A stretch of 64,000 nt of DNA, taken from Tubulanus polymorphus (Eukaryota; Animalia; Nemertea). A program made the position numbers and the translations under genes. Below, in pieces: positions 23,401-36,402 of this stretch. Within the stretch, counting starts at the first letter, position 1. The number at the start of each line of letters is the position of its first letter. The stretch spans positions 9,078,850 to 9,142,849 of the forward strand of contig NC_134029.1 of the NCBI RefSeq assembly GCF_964204645.1, written 5' to 3'. The notes beneath the pieces are model-generated. The model searched no databases. It saw only the letters and a list, made by a program, of their open reading frames with translations, and had not been told where the DNA came from.

Positions 23401-25396
23401 CGAAAATATAACTTCGAGATAGTAGTTTATTCAACGTTTCGACTATATCCTAATAGTCATCTTCAGGAATAATGAGATACTACAAAAATTATGAGATATA
23501 TATACAATCCAGAGACAAAGAGAATAATTCAAGTAATCAGAGATGATACAAACTAAAGGAAAATTAACGTAGAAACAGTTACACGCTAAAATAGATTATA
23601 AAGGGAAGCAAACCCTTTGTGATTGTCTCTGGATTGTATATATATATCTCATAATTTTTGTAGTATCTCATTATTTCACACTACCGCTAGTTAGACCGGT
23701 CTAGATGGGTCAGTCCGTACCTGGTCCGGTCCAAATCTGAGTGTGCTTTCATACGCGCATTGCTAAATTGGCCACAGAGATTGGGCCCACAAGATGTCAC
23801 CATATTAGTTCAGTATTTACCCCGAAATTTATATCTAAATGATAGATTTATGTGTCCCTGGCAGTTTGAACAATTTTTGATGATTGAAGTTTATCATATA
23901 TCTTGATACATAAATTCTAGGTAATTTTCTGAACAATTAGAACGGATATATACTCCACGAGCAGCACAGGCTAGGATTTTAAGATAAATGATAATCCTTC
24001 AGTCTATACATTAATTTTTAGGCAATATATAAATGATATGAAATCTAAAAACTAAAATTAATCAGCTTGATGCCGAATTGGTGACGAGTTTAATACAATT
24101 TAATTCATACTGCAGAGTACGATATGGACTGGACCTTGTACAAGTTTCTCTCCAAACATAGATTTAGTCCGCCCCCAAATTTGCTCAGTCTAAATAGGTG
24201 CTTTCACACAGCATTTATTAGACCGGTCTAGATTTGGTCCAAATTGGACCTGACACAATATATAAGCACTCAGCTTGGATAATTGATCGCTAAAATTAAG
24301 GTTAAGATTCCCTTAAAAACCCCTAAAATTCTGGAAAGACCAATCTGTAGGAACTATGAATCAACACAGCTCGGTCCATAACACTTGGCTTTGAGAGCGC
24401 AGTTTTGCAAGGAGAATAATTTTTCATTGCTTTTCAAAACAATTGCCTACAAAAACTCAAAATCTTAAGTTAACCATTTTAAGCTTGAACTCTCGTAAAA
24501 CATGACTCCTTCCCTCAGCAGAGATTCATAAACCCGTGAATTCATAAACCCTGTATATTAATTATCATAGTCTACCAGGGTAAGACACTTATTCTCATTG
24601 CCTCTCGATAACCAAGAACAATATTGCATTCCTAGACTAAAAGATGACCTAGAGCAGGGTCCCTATGACTCCTTGATTCCTTGAAAACTCCTTCTAAACC
24701 AAACATTTTTTCAAGGTCCATGAATATCCTCGAATTTGAGCAAAATGCCCAAAAGTCCTTGAAAACTTTTTAGGTTTGAGGCCTAGTTATTATACTCACA
24801 GGTTCCGAATTGAATGGTTTACTGAGATATAAACAGTACTGATTTAGGAGGAACCAACAGTATGAAAGTGATGCATACACTCCTCGAAATTTGAAATTTT
24901 CTCCTTTGAAAAGTCCTTGAATTCTGGAATGACTGATCTGTAGGAACCCTGTAGAGAGAAGTTATATTTCATGGACCCAAGTATTATTGTATTTTTGAAA
25001 GGAGCCGCAAGTCTAAAAAATGACAGTTGTACCTAATATCTTTGAAAATACTCAGAAAAAGTTATGGAAAAAGCCTGGGTTGAGGTGTTCAGTTGTCAGT
25101 AACAGGGACTCTTTCACTTAGCCTAAGATAACTACTAGTAACTGCTCATGAAAATGTGATTTTGTTTTTTATGCGTATTTCAATATTTATTGCAGCAAAA
25201 AGCAAAATTCTTCGACTCAGGCGACTACAACATGGCGAAGGCGAAACAGTCCGGTAAAGGCGTGAAAAAGGCGATACCCGGCGAGAAGCTGCTACCGCAA
25301 GAGTCGACAGGTCACACGATACCGACGGTCGAGAACGTGCCTGTTCGAAAAACAAGTATTAACACCCACGGCCGTATGACTCACGGAGTCTCGTGA
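20403..25396 (+). CDS. ENSA: Alpha-endosulfine / ARPP-19 family PP2A-B55 inhibitor
   Basis: Exons 20403-20495, 22942-23103 and 25196-25396, all phase 0 and GT-AG. Contains EEEKFKSKYP, LLQKRL, the Greatwall site FDSGDYNMAK, STGHTIPT and a C-terminal RKTS PKA-type site. Confidence 0.95.
20750..21537. mobile_element. Non-autonomous DNA transposon with ~265-bp TIRs in ENSA intron 1
   Basis: CACAGGGG...CCCCTGTG termini with near-perfect long inverted arms; flanks acataaac / acacaaac (8-bp TSD with one mismatch, or 2-bp AC TSD). Confidence 0.9.
22104..22390. mobile_element. MITE (caggcccgtac...gtacgggcctg)
   Basis: Perfect 11-bp TIR. Confidence 0.6.
22466..22553 (-). mobile_element. tRNA-derived SINE head
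   Basis: Minus strand gcgcagccggtctagtgt...ggttcgaatcc (B-box); homologous to 22705-22790. Confidence 0.55.
22705..22790 (+). mobile_element. tRNA-derived SINE head, same family as 22466-22553 in opposite orientation
   Basis: gcgcacccagtctagtgt...ggttcgaatcc. Confidence 0.55.
23427..23472 (-). ncRNA. Minimal type-I hammerhead ribozyme motif within a Penelope-like terminal fragment
   Basis: Minus strand: UUAUUC-CUGAAGA-U-GACUAU-UAGGAU-AUAGUC-GAAACGUU-GAAUAA. Perfect 6-bp stems I and II; an adjacent ~50-bp inverted repeat lies at 23471-23519/23623-23675. Confidence 0.8.
24655..24951. mobile_element. MITE with CAGGGT(T/C)CCTA termini and 5-bp TSD (hAT5-like)
   Basis: tagag|cagggtcccta ... taggaaccctg|tagag; a related degenerate copy spans ~23127-24355. 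Confidence 0.65.
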
Positions 25397-27020
25397 GGTC
25401 AGCGTCGTCACCCGTGACCGCGCATCATTTTCGTAAATGATCGTTCCGACGGAAATTATTAAGAATAAGATGGGAACATTTTCACGCCGCGACGCGCGCT
25501 CATTTCTGGTCGCTTACTTTGTTTCGACTTTTTAGGCAACAACGCGAGAATATTCTACGAAAAAAATAGACGTTATTTTATCCTCTGTCTTCTTGTTTAT
25601 ATATATTTCCTTTGAGACCGTTAGAAGAAAATCATACAAAAATTGAAGAGAAGATGAAATCAGAAATTGTTCACTGTGTTTTTGTGTATACAGCATATAT
25701 AGTTTGAAAGTCCTTTATAGTGCCTCGTCCAGATCGGGACCAAGAAGTTGGCGTATTTGAGATAGATTTGGAATGTTTGTTCTCGGAAACATATTTAGGG
25801 TTATAACGGACTTCCCGGCTGTAGGGCCTACTTGAAAAATGTTCTCTTATTTATATTATCAGTAATGAAGAAAATCATCCTTGAATGTTCCTATCGTATG
25901 ATCTGTGTAAATATATTGTATGCGTAAAGTATTTGTGTTACTCTCTGAAATTCACATCGATCACCTCTGTTGGTATTAGTTTATGATGGCGTTTATTATT
26001 ATTTGATTTTGATGATGATGTTTTAGAACAAATTTGATAATAACCAAGGCCACTTCAGTACGAATTTAAATCCAGCTTTTCTAACATAAGTTTGGGTTTT
26101 AACTTGTGCTCCGCCGTACCTATTCTAGATCTTTTAAATTGTTGAATTCTTAATAATGCCATTGATCTAAATTTAATCAATTGTTTACTTCCCGGGTAAC
26201 AAATTAATAGCTTGACGTAACGTGAATAACTTTTCGAATTGAATGAAATGTGAACTGTTTTTGGAAAACTCGCAAGCCTATCGGAATCGAGAGACTCCCG
26301 GAATAAATTTTGTCTGCGTAGGACAACCAATTTTATGACGTGTGCTAGTGAAGTTCTTTTCTCCGCGAACTGTAAATAGTTGCCTTAAACTTCGAGAGTG
26401 ATTCTCGCTCCGAGGTTTTACGTTATGTATTTTCTATATTGTGATAATAATGGTTAACGTTAAACTGCGGGTAAGAAGAATATGATGTCCGTACTCTTCT
26501 ATCTAACGGTGCTTCTCGACCAATGAATATAACTCAGTAGTAGCGTATCGCCGCAGTAGTGGCATTATCGGCGACTTAGTATAACAACAATGTAATTGCT
26601 ATCCTAATGTCAATCGTCTGTCAGAACTATCTGTATAAATGTCGGTCAGAGCCCAATTTCTCTTTAATCAATCAATATGTTTTGTGTTGATACTTCGGTA
26701 TCCTGCAGCACGGCATCACCCCTCTGATATCTGGACGATCGCTTTTTAAAAGTTAGACCATGGATTGCATGAAGTCCATAATCCGTAATCCCAGTGATGC
26801 CGTGACGATCAAGAATATGATTGTTGATATATTAATGAGTTGAATATCTGGGGGTATCTTTGAATATCTTTGAAATTGAAATGTGTGAATGCTTGATTTT
26901 TCGAGATTTATTCAGGGGAACTGGGCTCTGACTACGTTACCTTAAGCGTATGGTTAGAATATTGTTAGAAAATGTTGTAAATAACATGCCTAACATTAAC
27001 ATGTCTTTATGTAAGAATTA

Positions 27021-27142
27021 AGGGGTCAGTTGCTCAAAAAACTTACGATACAATCATCTGATAAATGCTTTTAGGCTTATAACAAGGCAGTTGCAAATGT
27101 CAACCAATGGTCAGCACTAATCAATATTTAAGCAACTGGCCC
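27021..27142. mobile_element. Short MITE (gggtcagttgct...agcaactggccc)
   Basis: Terminal inverted repeats; related copies near 30428-30525 and 53226-53347. Confidence 0.5.
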
Positions 27143-27414
27143 TTGATGGCCGTGAGACATGTTGGTGTATGTAAATGATGATAAAGAGCTCTTGCTCGTG
27201 ATGACACCATAACATTCGCGTGATCTAGGTAGTTAGTGGGAAGAGATGTTGACGAGAGTTCTTCGAGTTAACAAAAAATGTCGGTATCTGTGTGAAGGTT
27301 AATGACTTTTTATCATCAGAACATGTTTTTACAACTTACCTCTTAGTTAGATATTTGATGATGCTCCTTCAATATCTTGGACATGTTTTATCCCACTTTG
27401 GACTTCAATCAGGG

Positions 27415-27850
27415 TATTGCGTTCACTTTTCGTCCATGGAATACCGTTTTTTTTTTTAGAAGTTTTGAAGATGCTTCCATGGATTATATCGATATTTGGT
27501 AAGTATCCTACACAAAACACATCTGCAGCCCAAAATCGGCCCAATCAGAATCGTAATTATTTTTCATCGATATTTGTAATGGGTATTTTTGGGGATGGTT
27601 GGATTCTTTGACATATCAGATGGGTTTTTGCTCAGTTGAATTGAATGTAATCAGTGGTCATCTTAGTCTTATCAGTCTTCAAGCATATGAGGAAGGTTTT
27701 TGCGGGAAATATCAACAGGTTTTGACTTAAATCCTTGATATTTGATAATCATTAGCACTGTCATAGGATACATGTCCTCATATGGAATTTGTTGTCAAGC
27801 ATTTCGGACCAATTCCCAAGTGGGCACGGTGTCGTTGGACCCTACTAGTT
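27415..27850 (+). mobile_element. Degenerate HINE-family copy downstream of the ENSA stop
   Basis: attgcgttcacttttcgtcc start and ttcccaagtgggcacggtgtcgttggaccc end match the family termini. Confidence 0.6.
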
Positions 27851-28219
27851 TATGGCGTCACCGTGCAAGAGCTCTGTGTAACAAATGATTTTTTCACGAC
27901 AGTAGCCTCTGCTTAAGTCAGATCCTATTAACTTGTGTATGTTTGGGGAAATATAATTGTGACACTATAGTATATGAATGAAATATCATAACTTTTAAAA
28001 TCTTATTCAGATGCCATTGAAGACAAATTTTCATGGTCCTAAAGGCTCCGACTTGAGCGGAGTCTAGTGTACAAGATTTTTCGTTTTAAATGTCAACCCT
28101 TTTCTTCATTCTACAACTAATGATAATCTCCAAGCTTGTACATACAAAAAGTTGCTTTTTTGATGGGCCTATTCTAGAAATGCGAACATATTTTGATGAA
28201 TGTCCCATAAAAAGATATA

Positions 28220-28381
28220 CAATCAACCCTTGATATACCGCCCACCCTTATACCACCACCCGCCTAAAACAGGTTTTCTCAATGTACATCTCTGTACAAT
28301 ACATACTAAAACACCCCCACCATACTCTCTACCGCCAAAATCGTTCTGCACCCATGTAGGCAATATATCAGGAGTTGACTG
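28220..28381. mobile_element. Tc1/mariner-type MITE
   Basis: TA|caatcaacccttgatata ... tatatcaggagttgactg|TA. Confidence 0.6.
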
Positions 28382-29667
28382 TACATGTTATCTGTACATT
28401 CTCTCACGTATTGGCCCCCCCCCCCCAAAAAAAAGAAATCTTTCAACATTATATTTTGTGACCCTTGAATCCTTACAGAATAACTTATATGTTCAGAACT
28501 GAACCGAGGAACTAGTATAAATTTGCTGCCTGTACCTGCTCCTCAGACATTCACCATTATATATATGTAACCGTTCTTTCAATTTTTGAGTGTCCAACAA
28601 GACTAATATTAGTCATCTCCTTACCACACTTTCTAAAAGCGATTGTCGAGACTTCACACAACAGTTATGAACATCCTTAAGGTGTTGTTTTGAGGCAGTA
28701 GATACCTGTATGATTTGGAACTGGTAAAATTAGGCGTTATTTTCTGAGACGGATCTACTATAGATCAAACACCTTAATTTGATTTCCACACGTGAGACCT
28801 TTACCTCAGGTGCAAACTGGTGTGAGCCCTTGCCCAAGAGAATGGCAGTAAAAAACATTGTGGGTCACGTTACGAAAATGAAAAACAAAACAAAGAAAAA
28901 AATAACTTGTACAGTGTACATATATTGTGATAATGCTTTCTTCATTGAATATTGTGAGTATGGTGATTATGTTATGAACGGAGGATGTACCTATGTAATT
29001 GTACTAGGAGAGAACAATTGTAGCCACAAAAGGACATCGTTTTGTGGTTGCGAGAAGCAATTTCGTTTTTTCACCGATTCCACCTCTGTAATTGTGGATT
29101 TCCACGTACCGTATGTGTCCATCATCGTAGTGAAAATTGTCTCGTATGAGTGTAATACTTTGAAAATGAGCTGGATTGAAAATTGATTGAGGCACATTCA
29201 TTGAAATATACAGAAGGTTCTCTACCTAGCCAGCGGGATCCATGATGTACTATATTATAACTGAACATGAGTTCATTAGAATTAAAATTGTACATGGCTG
29301 ATATATAGAACTTATTTGTTTGTGTTGTTTCTTTAGACAAGTTGTCAGTTTTTAAATCTTTTTTTAAATGGGTCTCCTCTAACATATAAATGGGGCTTTT
29401 AGTAGGCCTATGACAAGACTTTGTATTGTTTTACATTTCTGGTATATCAACCAGACTATTTTACTAGTATTTTGCAAAAAATTTGGACTGAAGATTGAAT
29501 AGGGTTCTGTTATTACGAGTCATGACCTAAAAATTGAAACATTAATGCAAGCACCAGCCTGCTGTCGGTACAAAAACCCCTTTATAAAAATTTACAATTG
29601 TCGCCATCGTTGCAAACACTGACAATCTAAGACTTAATCAAATCTGTCTGGACCAACAGCATTTTTA

Positions 29668-29900
29668 TTTGCCCACATGGGATTAGTCCCAACTTGCTAT
29701 CGCGTTCACTTTTCGTCTCTGCACAGATAGATGGAATCCAGTTCTACCGGGAACTATTGAAGATGCTTCAAATGGAGCGTCTTTATATTTGGTATGGATT
29801 TTGTTAGACACATCTACGGTACCTAAAAACAGACATGATCAGATGCAAGATGGCCGAGTGGTAACCATCGTTGTTTGCAGAAATAAACACTTTGCATTCG
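29668..29900 (+). mobile_element. Degenerate partial HINE-family copy
   Basis: tttgcccacatgggattagtccca..cgcgttcacttttcgtc matches the family 5' end. Confidence 0.55.
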
Positions 29901-31207
29901 TTGGCCATCTATGTCTCGGCAGAAATTAACTTATTTCAACTCTTAGTCAACTGACAACTGTGGAATTTGGTCATTAACACCCATTAACACTGTGGCTCAT
30001 TATGGCACAGTTCTAGTGGTCAATAAGCACTCAATAAGTCTGGAATGCTGCTATAATTAGAATTCTAATCCTTTCAATGAATGAATTATCATTATGAGAA
30101 AATATTTAACGTAAATTTACCGTAAATGATGTCCGCGCGAGATCAAAATCGAGATTTAATTGATCTGAATTAAGCAGGTTTGACTTTAAACAGGCATCTG
30201 TAGTACATGTAGATGAGAAATGGTAAGTATTGAAGACAATTTGACTAAAGAATTATGTTGATTTATTTACATATATCATACATGTAGAGCATTGAAATAG
30301 AATATTCAGTGGACGGCACTCAAACTCACTATAGTTGATAATCATTTAAACATTTAGGCATTTACGTAGATACATGTACCTAACAATAACTAAGAAATAA
30401 ATACAGGTTTCATTGAAACTTCAGATCTGGAACCCGTTGGAAAGTAATGGCTTAAATTGGACCAGTCTTAGTCCTAAGTTCTAAAGCCAACCGAACAATT
30501 TAAGTCACGTCTGTGCACCTGGGCCCGGGACTAGACTCGTAAGTTACTCAAGAAACATGCATAGTAGAACCTCATTGTAAGCTCTTGTAAAATCAATTTA
30601 CTAAACCCTTATTAAATCTGCATGGAGAAAATTAACCCAATTTACAAAGTTGAGATTAGATGAAAATATGAAAGTATTAGGTCTATACCGATCTAGATTA
30701 AGCAGGCAAATACCAAACGAACTACCGTTCATACCAAACGAACTACCGTTACGATGAACAGATTTTATTGTCCCTCGAAGTTTTTGAAGTCAGTAGACGA
30801 TTCAGATATGAAGTAACTTATGCGCAATCTTAAAAGCGATAGGCCCTATACGGAAATGTTTTTTTACCCTCAACACATATAGATTCTAGTCTACATATAA
30901 TATCTTCATTATCAAAGTGTATATTGTCAACACACCATGGCTAGTAGGCCTACCACAGAAATAATACACTTACAATAAATGCTTTAAGCGTTGTACTTCA
31001 AAAGAAAATAACATTAACCTATTTTCAACGAAGATCTTTTAGGTCAAATTTGATCGGGGCCATTCCAGTTCTGAATTGAAAATCATGGTTGGAAAACGTT
31101 TTTGTTTTTATTTGTCTCTGAAGATAAAACGAAAGAGAAATTAACGATCAGCTTTCTTTTTCTCAAATGCCGGGAGAATACTACCTGGCAAGCGGACATA
31201 CGTATTT

Positions 31208-32011
31208 CTAACTATAAGCGAATCTATCGTCCCATACAGGCACCTTCTTGCCTTTTTTCGCCGACGTTAATTTAACTTGACTTCGCTTCGGCGATGTTTT
31301 CGCTGGATCGCTGCGCGTCGGAGATGGCGCTGACTTACGTCGATTGTGAAAACCCTGCAAGACAAAACGAGCAGAGCATGTTTATTAAGAATGCCTCACT
31401 AGATATGGCCAGGTTGCGTATTGGCTTGAAGTGAGCGCTGGGATTGAAAAGGATGGGGGCACAAGTACTTGTTATTTCTGGTAACATTATCATTGTCGTT
31501 ATTCATCTCAAATCGTAAAAGGACTGTTAAGAGTCTATCTGTAATTTCTAGAAATACCAGACAGTGACACCAAACCACTCTCAGACAGTGACACTAAGCC
31601 ATCTCAATAAGAAGAGCAAGGCCACCTAAAAACACTTACCCCACTTGCCGATTTGGAATGCTGAGGTGATGTTTTCGAAGGTGGCTGTTTCGAATACAAA
31701 TCGAAGGCACTTTTCGGCAATCGGCCATCGAATCCACCGTAATGTAGAGGCGGTAATCTTTGAGGTCGTCTTTTACTCGAAGCCGCGGATGGCCTATGAT
31801 TCGAGGCGTTGTTCGAGGATTCCTCGTCCTCTTGCCTCCTCAGCTCTTCTTTTAGCAACTTATTCAAAGCATACGCCTCGTCGAGGAGGTTTTCTGTGTC
31901 GGTATCACTCAGTTTCACGTGTTCTAGCTGCTCTAATAACGCATCCGGGCTCGTTACGACATGTTTTATCATCCGCGGCCCTTCCGGTGACGCTGTTTTA
32001 TGTGATGCCAT
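31208..32011 (-). CDS. Uncharacterised ~172-aa protein (N-terminal coiled coil, Ser/Pro/Lys-rich tail ending PVWDDRFAYS)
   Basis: Exons 32011-31640 (ATG directly after a tgcag acceptor, donor GTAAGT) and 31354-31208; coding-like composition; probable non-coding first exon upstream (donor near 32178). Confidence 0.7.
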
Positions 32012-32431
32012 CTGCAATAATGAAATCGAATCATTTAACTTATGAACTTAAGCGGTCTTACTACTGCGGTTTAGGTCACCTTCCCGATAGCCTATGTCCA
32101 TTTCAACTTGACTTGAGAGGGCGTCGGGTGACCTAGCTCAGTCAGTTGGTCAACTGATTATATAGTACTACTGCTTATACCTGGCATGTGTTTTGTAAAA
32201 CAAAGTTGTTACCCGCATGCGACTGTACCGTGACCTCTACAGGTAAGCCGTACGTGTTCCCTTTGCGAATGTGTCAATAATCTACCTAGGCGTATGCGTG
32301 ATAGAATAGGGTTAGGGTTAGGTGAGGCTATAGGGCCATATTAGTTAGTTATCTAATCATTGGTGGTAAGCTTTTTATAATCAGATGGGCTTATACCAAC
32401 GTTAGGGATGACAAGGGCCAAAACACGGTTG

Positions 32432-33704
32432 AAACTAGGGGTCCAGGGACACCATGCCCACTTGGGAAGTGGTTTCAAATGCTCAACAATCTAACAATTT
32501 CAATATTCAACGCCCTCTGGTGACCATATACAAAAACCAATGACCTTGAAACTCAATACAATCATAAAACATGTCAGCAGCTACGATTTTGTAATTGATT
32601 GTGATAACAAAAAATGCCTCGTTACTAATTTAATATGGAAATACTAAGTTAATCTACTATTCAACGCCCCCTGGTGACCATATTCAAAACCCAATAACCT
32701 TGTAACTCACCATATTCATAGAAAATGTCATGAACTACAACTTTGCAATTGATCATGGTAACAAAATATGCCTAGGTACCAATATAATAAGGAAATACCA
32801 GGTTATTCTACTATTCAACGCCCCCTGGTGACCATATAGAATAACTAATTTCCTTAAAACTCACCACAATCATAGATGATGTCATGAGCTACAACTTTGC
32901 AATTGATTGCGGTAACAAAATATGTATTGGTACAAATATAATATAGAAATACTAAGATATTGTATTATTCAACGCCCCCTGGTGGCCATATACAAAAAAC
33001 AATGAACTTGAAACTCACCCCAATCATAGAACACGTTATACGCTACAACTTTCTAATTCATTGTTGTAACAAAATATGCTTAGGTAACAATATAATGTCG
33101 AAAAACTTTCCCACCTACGAATGAGTACTAATGACACCAAGATGGCCGCCAATTGCGTCATAATTGGCGGATCAAAAATACCTATCTCAGGTATAAAACA
33201 TCCCTTTACAAAGAATACCCATCACAAATTGCAATGAGAAATGGCAAACCAGTAGGAAGCTACAGGACCTAGAATTCTGGCCAAAATTAACATTTTTGGG
33301 CACTAAAAAGGTCATAGGACGGCCATCTTGAGTCAGATGGACCCAATTTTTCTTATGCTGATGGGCCCTTGGTAGATTCAAATATATTCGAAAGATCAAG
33401 GTAATTGATCATATCGTCTTCAAAATTTCCTTCGTAAACTTCGAAAATGTGTAAAAAGTGCTGATTTTGGCGAACAACAATGGCTGCCAGTCGGCCATCT
33501 TGATTCTGATAGGGCCAGTTTTTGGGCTGAAGATGTGTCTAGGGTAGATACATGTATAAACCAAATATCAAGACATTACCTTGAAGCGTCTTCAAAACTT
33601 CCCAAAATAACTGGATTCCGTCTACAGACAGACGAACGGACGGACGACAGACGAAAAGTGAACGCAATAGCCCGCTGGGACTAAAGTCCCAAGTGGGCTA
33701 AAAA
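32432..33704 (-). mobile_element. Full-length HINE/DINE-1-like element, 4 x ~154-bp internal repeats
   Basis: Both termini intact; units start near 32508, 32662, 32816 and 32970. Confidence 0.85.
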
Positions 33705-34500
33705 GTAACACTTCAAAAATATACTTTCTATTGACTTCAGTCCACAATTAATGGCTTATTTCACAAACAAACACAGGTACCTTTCGAAATAATCCAAATT
33801 TATGAATGTTTTGAGCGATTAATCAACATTATTTTGAGAAATTAATTAATTTCTCCTAAAATTCCGCCATTGGCCGCCATTTCTCTGTTTTGCATACATG
33901 TGGCATGACAGACAAGGTGACCTACATAGATTTATATAAAACTTCCAAAACAAAACGACAATTTTTATTTTTGATGGTTTTCCAAGATATATTTCAAATC
34001 TTCGTGTTTTCCATAATAAATAATGAAATAATAAATTCTGGTTGAAGAAAAATGTGAATTGGTTTTGATTTCCTAATTTTTTTTCAATTTCGTTGTTTCG
34101 TTTCTTTGTTTGGTTATTGTCCTGGCCTCAGTCCACAGGTGCCAGCACCCTCCACAAGTTTTCAAAACGGCCGCCGTTGAATCGACGGAAATTTACTCTC
34201 ACTTTATGACCAATTTGCACATGGATTAAGATCGTCAGGTGAGGTGTTATAGGTATCAAACAAACTACGAATCTGATGTGCGTTGATGACAACAAAAATA
34301 AGACGCATATCTCAAAAGACCAGAAATTGCCAGGCAAATTACTCGTCAGTCAAATTGGCTGACGAAGATTGCATACAAAAATGACCTTCCCATTCCTGAC
34401 TGTGGTTTGTGAAAATATCCGATCGTGAAACTAAACCACAGACAGGGAACTGACTAGGGCCATATACGTGTAAGTTAACTTTCATCAACTCTGCTGTTGT

Positions 34501-34577
34501 GTTCTGTGGCTCAGTGGGTAAAGCATTGGACTGCCGCTGGATTTTTTTCGTTTGGGTTCGAATCCCAATATTGCAAC
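34501..34577 (+). mobile_element. tRNA-derived SINE head / tRNA pseudogene
   Basis: A-box TGGCTCAGTGG and B-box GGTTCGAATCC are present, but anticodon and acceptor stems do not pair. Confidence 0.5.
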
Positions 34578-35716
34578 TCAGAATTCTACTGTATTGCACA
34601 TGCACCAACGTACTCACATACGGCTAACCTGTGGATATCACTGTACAATCACGTACGGGTAACAACAGCGTTTGTAGGCCTATAAAACATCTGATCATGA
34701 AATGAAACCACTGGCACTGAAACGGATTTACCGACTAGGATTACCAGCAGAGAAACCCGGAAAGGTGAAATCGGTATCAAGCATTTTTACGAAGCTGAAT
34801 CTTAGTAGTCTAAATCGAGTTACACAATGTTTTTGTGAATCCGATTTTGTGGATCAACTCCTCATTATTGGACGCTGGTTAGTAAATTGATCATCCAATT
34901 ATAAACAGCTTACCACTAACGATTAGGTAACTAACTACGAAAAACCATGAGATTCACCGATCCTTTTAGGTTTCCGGCACCGAATTGGATTTTAGCTTTT
35001 AAACCGAATCAGATTCAATTTCGTAAAAACGCTGGTGGTTCGACGTGATTTGCACAGACTAACAAACTTGCACTTTTTTAGTTAATTTACGTAAATATCT
35101 ATGAACTATGAACCGATTACAACCAATAAAGCACCGATAGAGTCTTCCACCCAGTTACTTTTATATCTGTATAGTGTTCAATACTTCATAATGTCTGGTT
35201 TACCGTCGAAATACCGAATTATGCCATTTTGATTAATGACGGTAGCGTGCCTAACAACGCCATGTGAGGCTCTATGGAAATGCAGGAAACAGGATATATG
35301 CAGGACATATTTTTCCTAGGTATAAAATTGACATAATTGCCTTTTCCTAGAATATAAACGAACATCTACGGAGACTTTTTGGTAGGCATCCCCATTAATT
35401 AAGATTTGGTCATTAAGCTACTTTAAACCAACTGTTAGCCTAATACTTACAGTAAAACTTACCATACCACTTAACCAATCTGGGCTGGGCGTTCTTTTTT
35501 TATGATCTTATACATGATGTTTTAAAATTGGGTGTCCCCTCTTACGAGCCGGCCACCTCACGCCGGTAGTTTGATTTTTAAATCGGAAATCGAAGTACAG
35601 GGGTGTGCGTGTGCGTGATCGGTGGTCGAAAACAGATTTTTTGTTTTGAACAAGTAGGCCTACCAGGCCTACTTGAAAATGTCGGTTCCGATTCATTCAA
35701 ACAATCTTCCAAGTAA

Positions 35717-36286
35717 GATGGCTGATTCGAGCCATGGTGTATAATTCCGGGTACGCCAAAACAACGAAAAACGTCGAAATTTCTCTAATAATCCGTTTTG
35801 GCGCGCCAAAACAAAGAATATTCCGTTTTGGCGCCCCCGCCAAAGCAACGAAAAACGTCGGATTTTCTCTGAAAATCTGTTTTGGCGCGGTTATTTCCGT
35901 TTTGGCGCCCCGCCAAAACAAACATTCAACCACAGTAAAATCATTTTTAATTTGGCGCGTTGATCCTGTGTTTAATTTGCATAAATTTGCATATATAGAA
36001 TTATTTTACGTGGTTGGAAGTTCGTTTTGGCAGGGCGCCAAAACAGATTTTCAGGAGAAAATCCGACGTTTTTCGTTGCTTTGGCGGGGTCGCCAAAACG
36101 AAAGTTCGTCTTGGCGGGGCGCCAAATGAAAGCTCGTTTTGGCGGGGCACCAAAACGGAAATATCTTGGTTTTGGCGTGACGGACTTTCAGAGAAAATTG
36201 GAAGTTTTTTCTCGTTTTGGCGTTCTGGCGATCTGGCGCCCTCATTTGCATACCAGGAATTTTACGGTATGGCCCTTATCAGCCAC
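35717..36286. mobile_element. MITE with ~45-bp imperfect TIRs and internal ttttggcg repeats
   Basis: gatggctgattcgagccat..aattcc.ggta vs tacc.ggaattt..atggcccttatcagccacc. Confidence 0.7.
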
Positions 36287-36357
36287 CATAGAAAACCCTC
36301 TATGCGCGAATTTCAAAATCGAGAATTCATTTATTAAAAAAATATAAAATATAGAAT

Positions 36358-36402
36358 ACACGACGTTTCGATCTCACACTAGTAGAGATCATCTTCAGGT
36401 GT
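36358..36402 (-). ncRNA. Minimal type-I hammerhead ribozyme motif (GUC cleavage triplet) in a palindromic Penelope-like terminus
   Basis: Minus strand: ACAC-CUGAAGA-U-GAUCUC-UACUAGUGU-GAGAUC-GAAACGUC-GUGU; an inverted 3' half-copy follows at 36408-36433. Confidence 0.8.

Noticed and set aside
31116-31142. CTGAAGA...GAAA hammerhead-like string
   Set aside because: No stem II or GUH triplet; it is a pyrimidine-rich, acceptor-like tract on the opposite strand.
32305-32325. TTAGGG repeats
   Set aside because: Only 2-3 units; not a meaningful interstitial telomere.
34501-34577. Functional tRNA gene
   Set aside because: A/B boxes are present but acceptor and anticodon stems do not pair; treated as a SINE or pseudogene.
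35697-36347. Cluster of overlapping ORFs
   Set aside because: They arise from the internal repeats of the MITE; no protein motifs.
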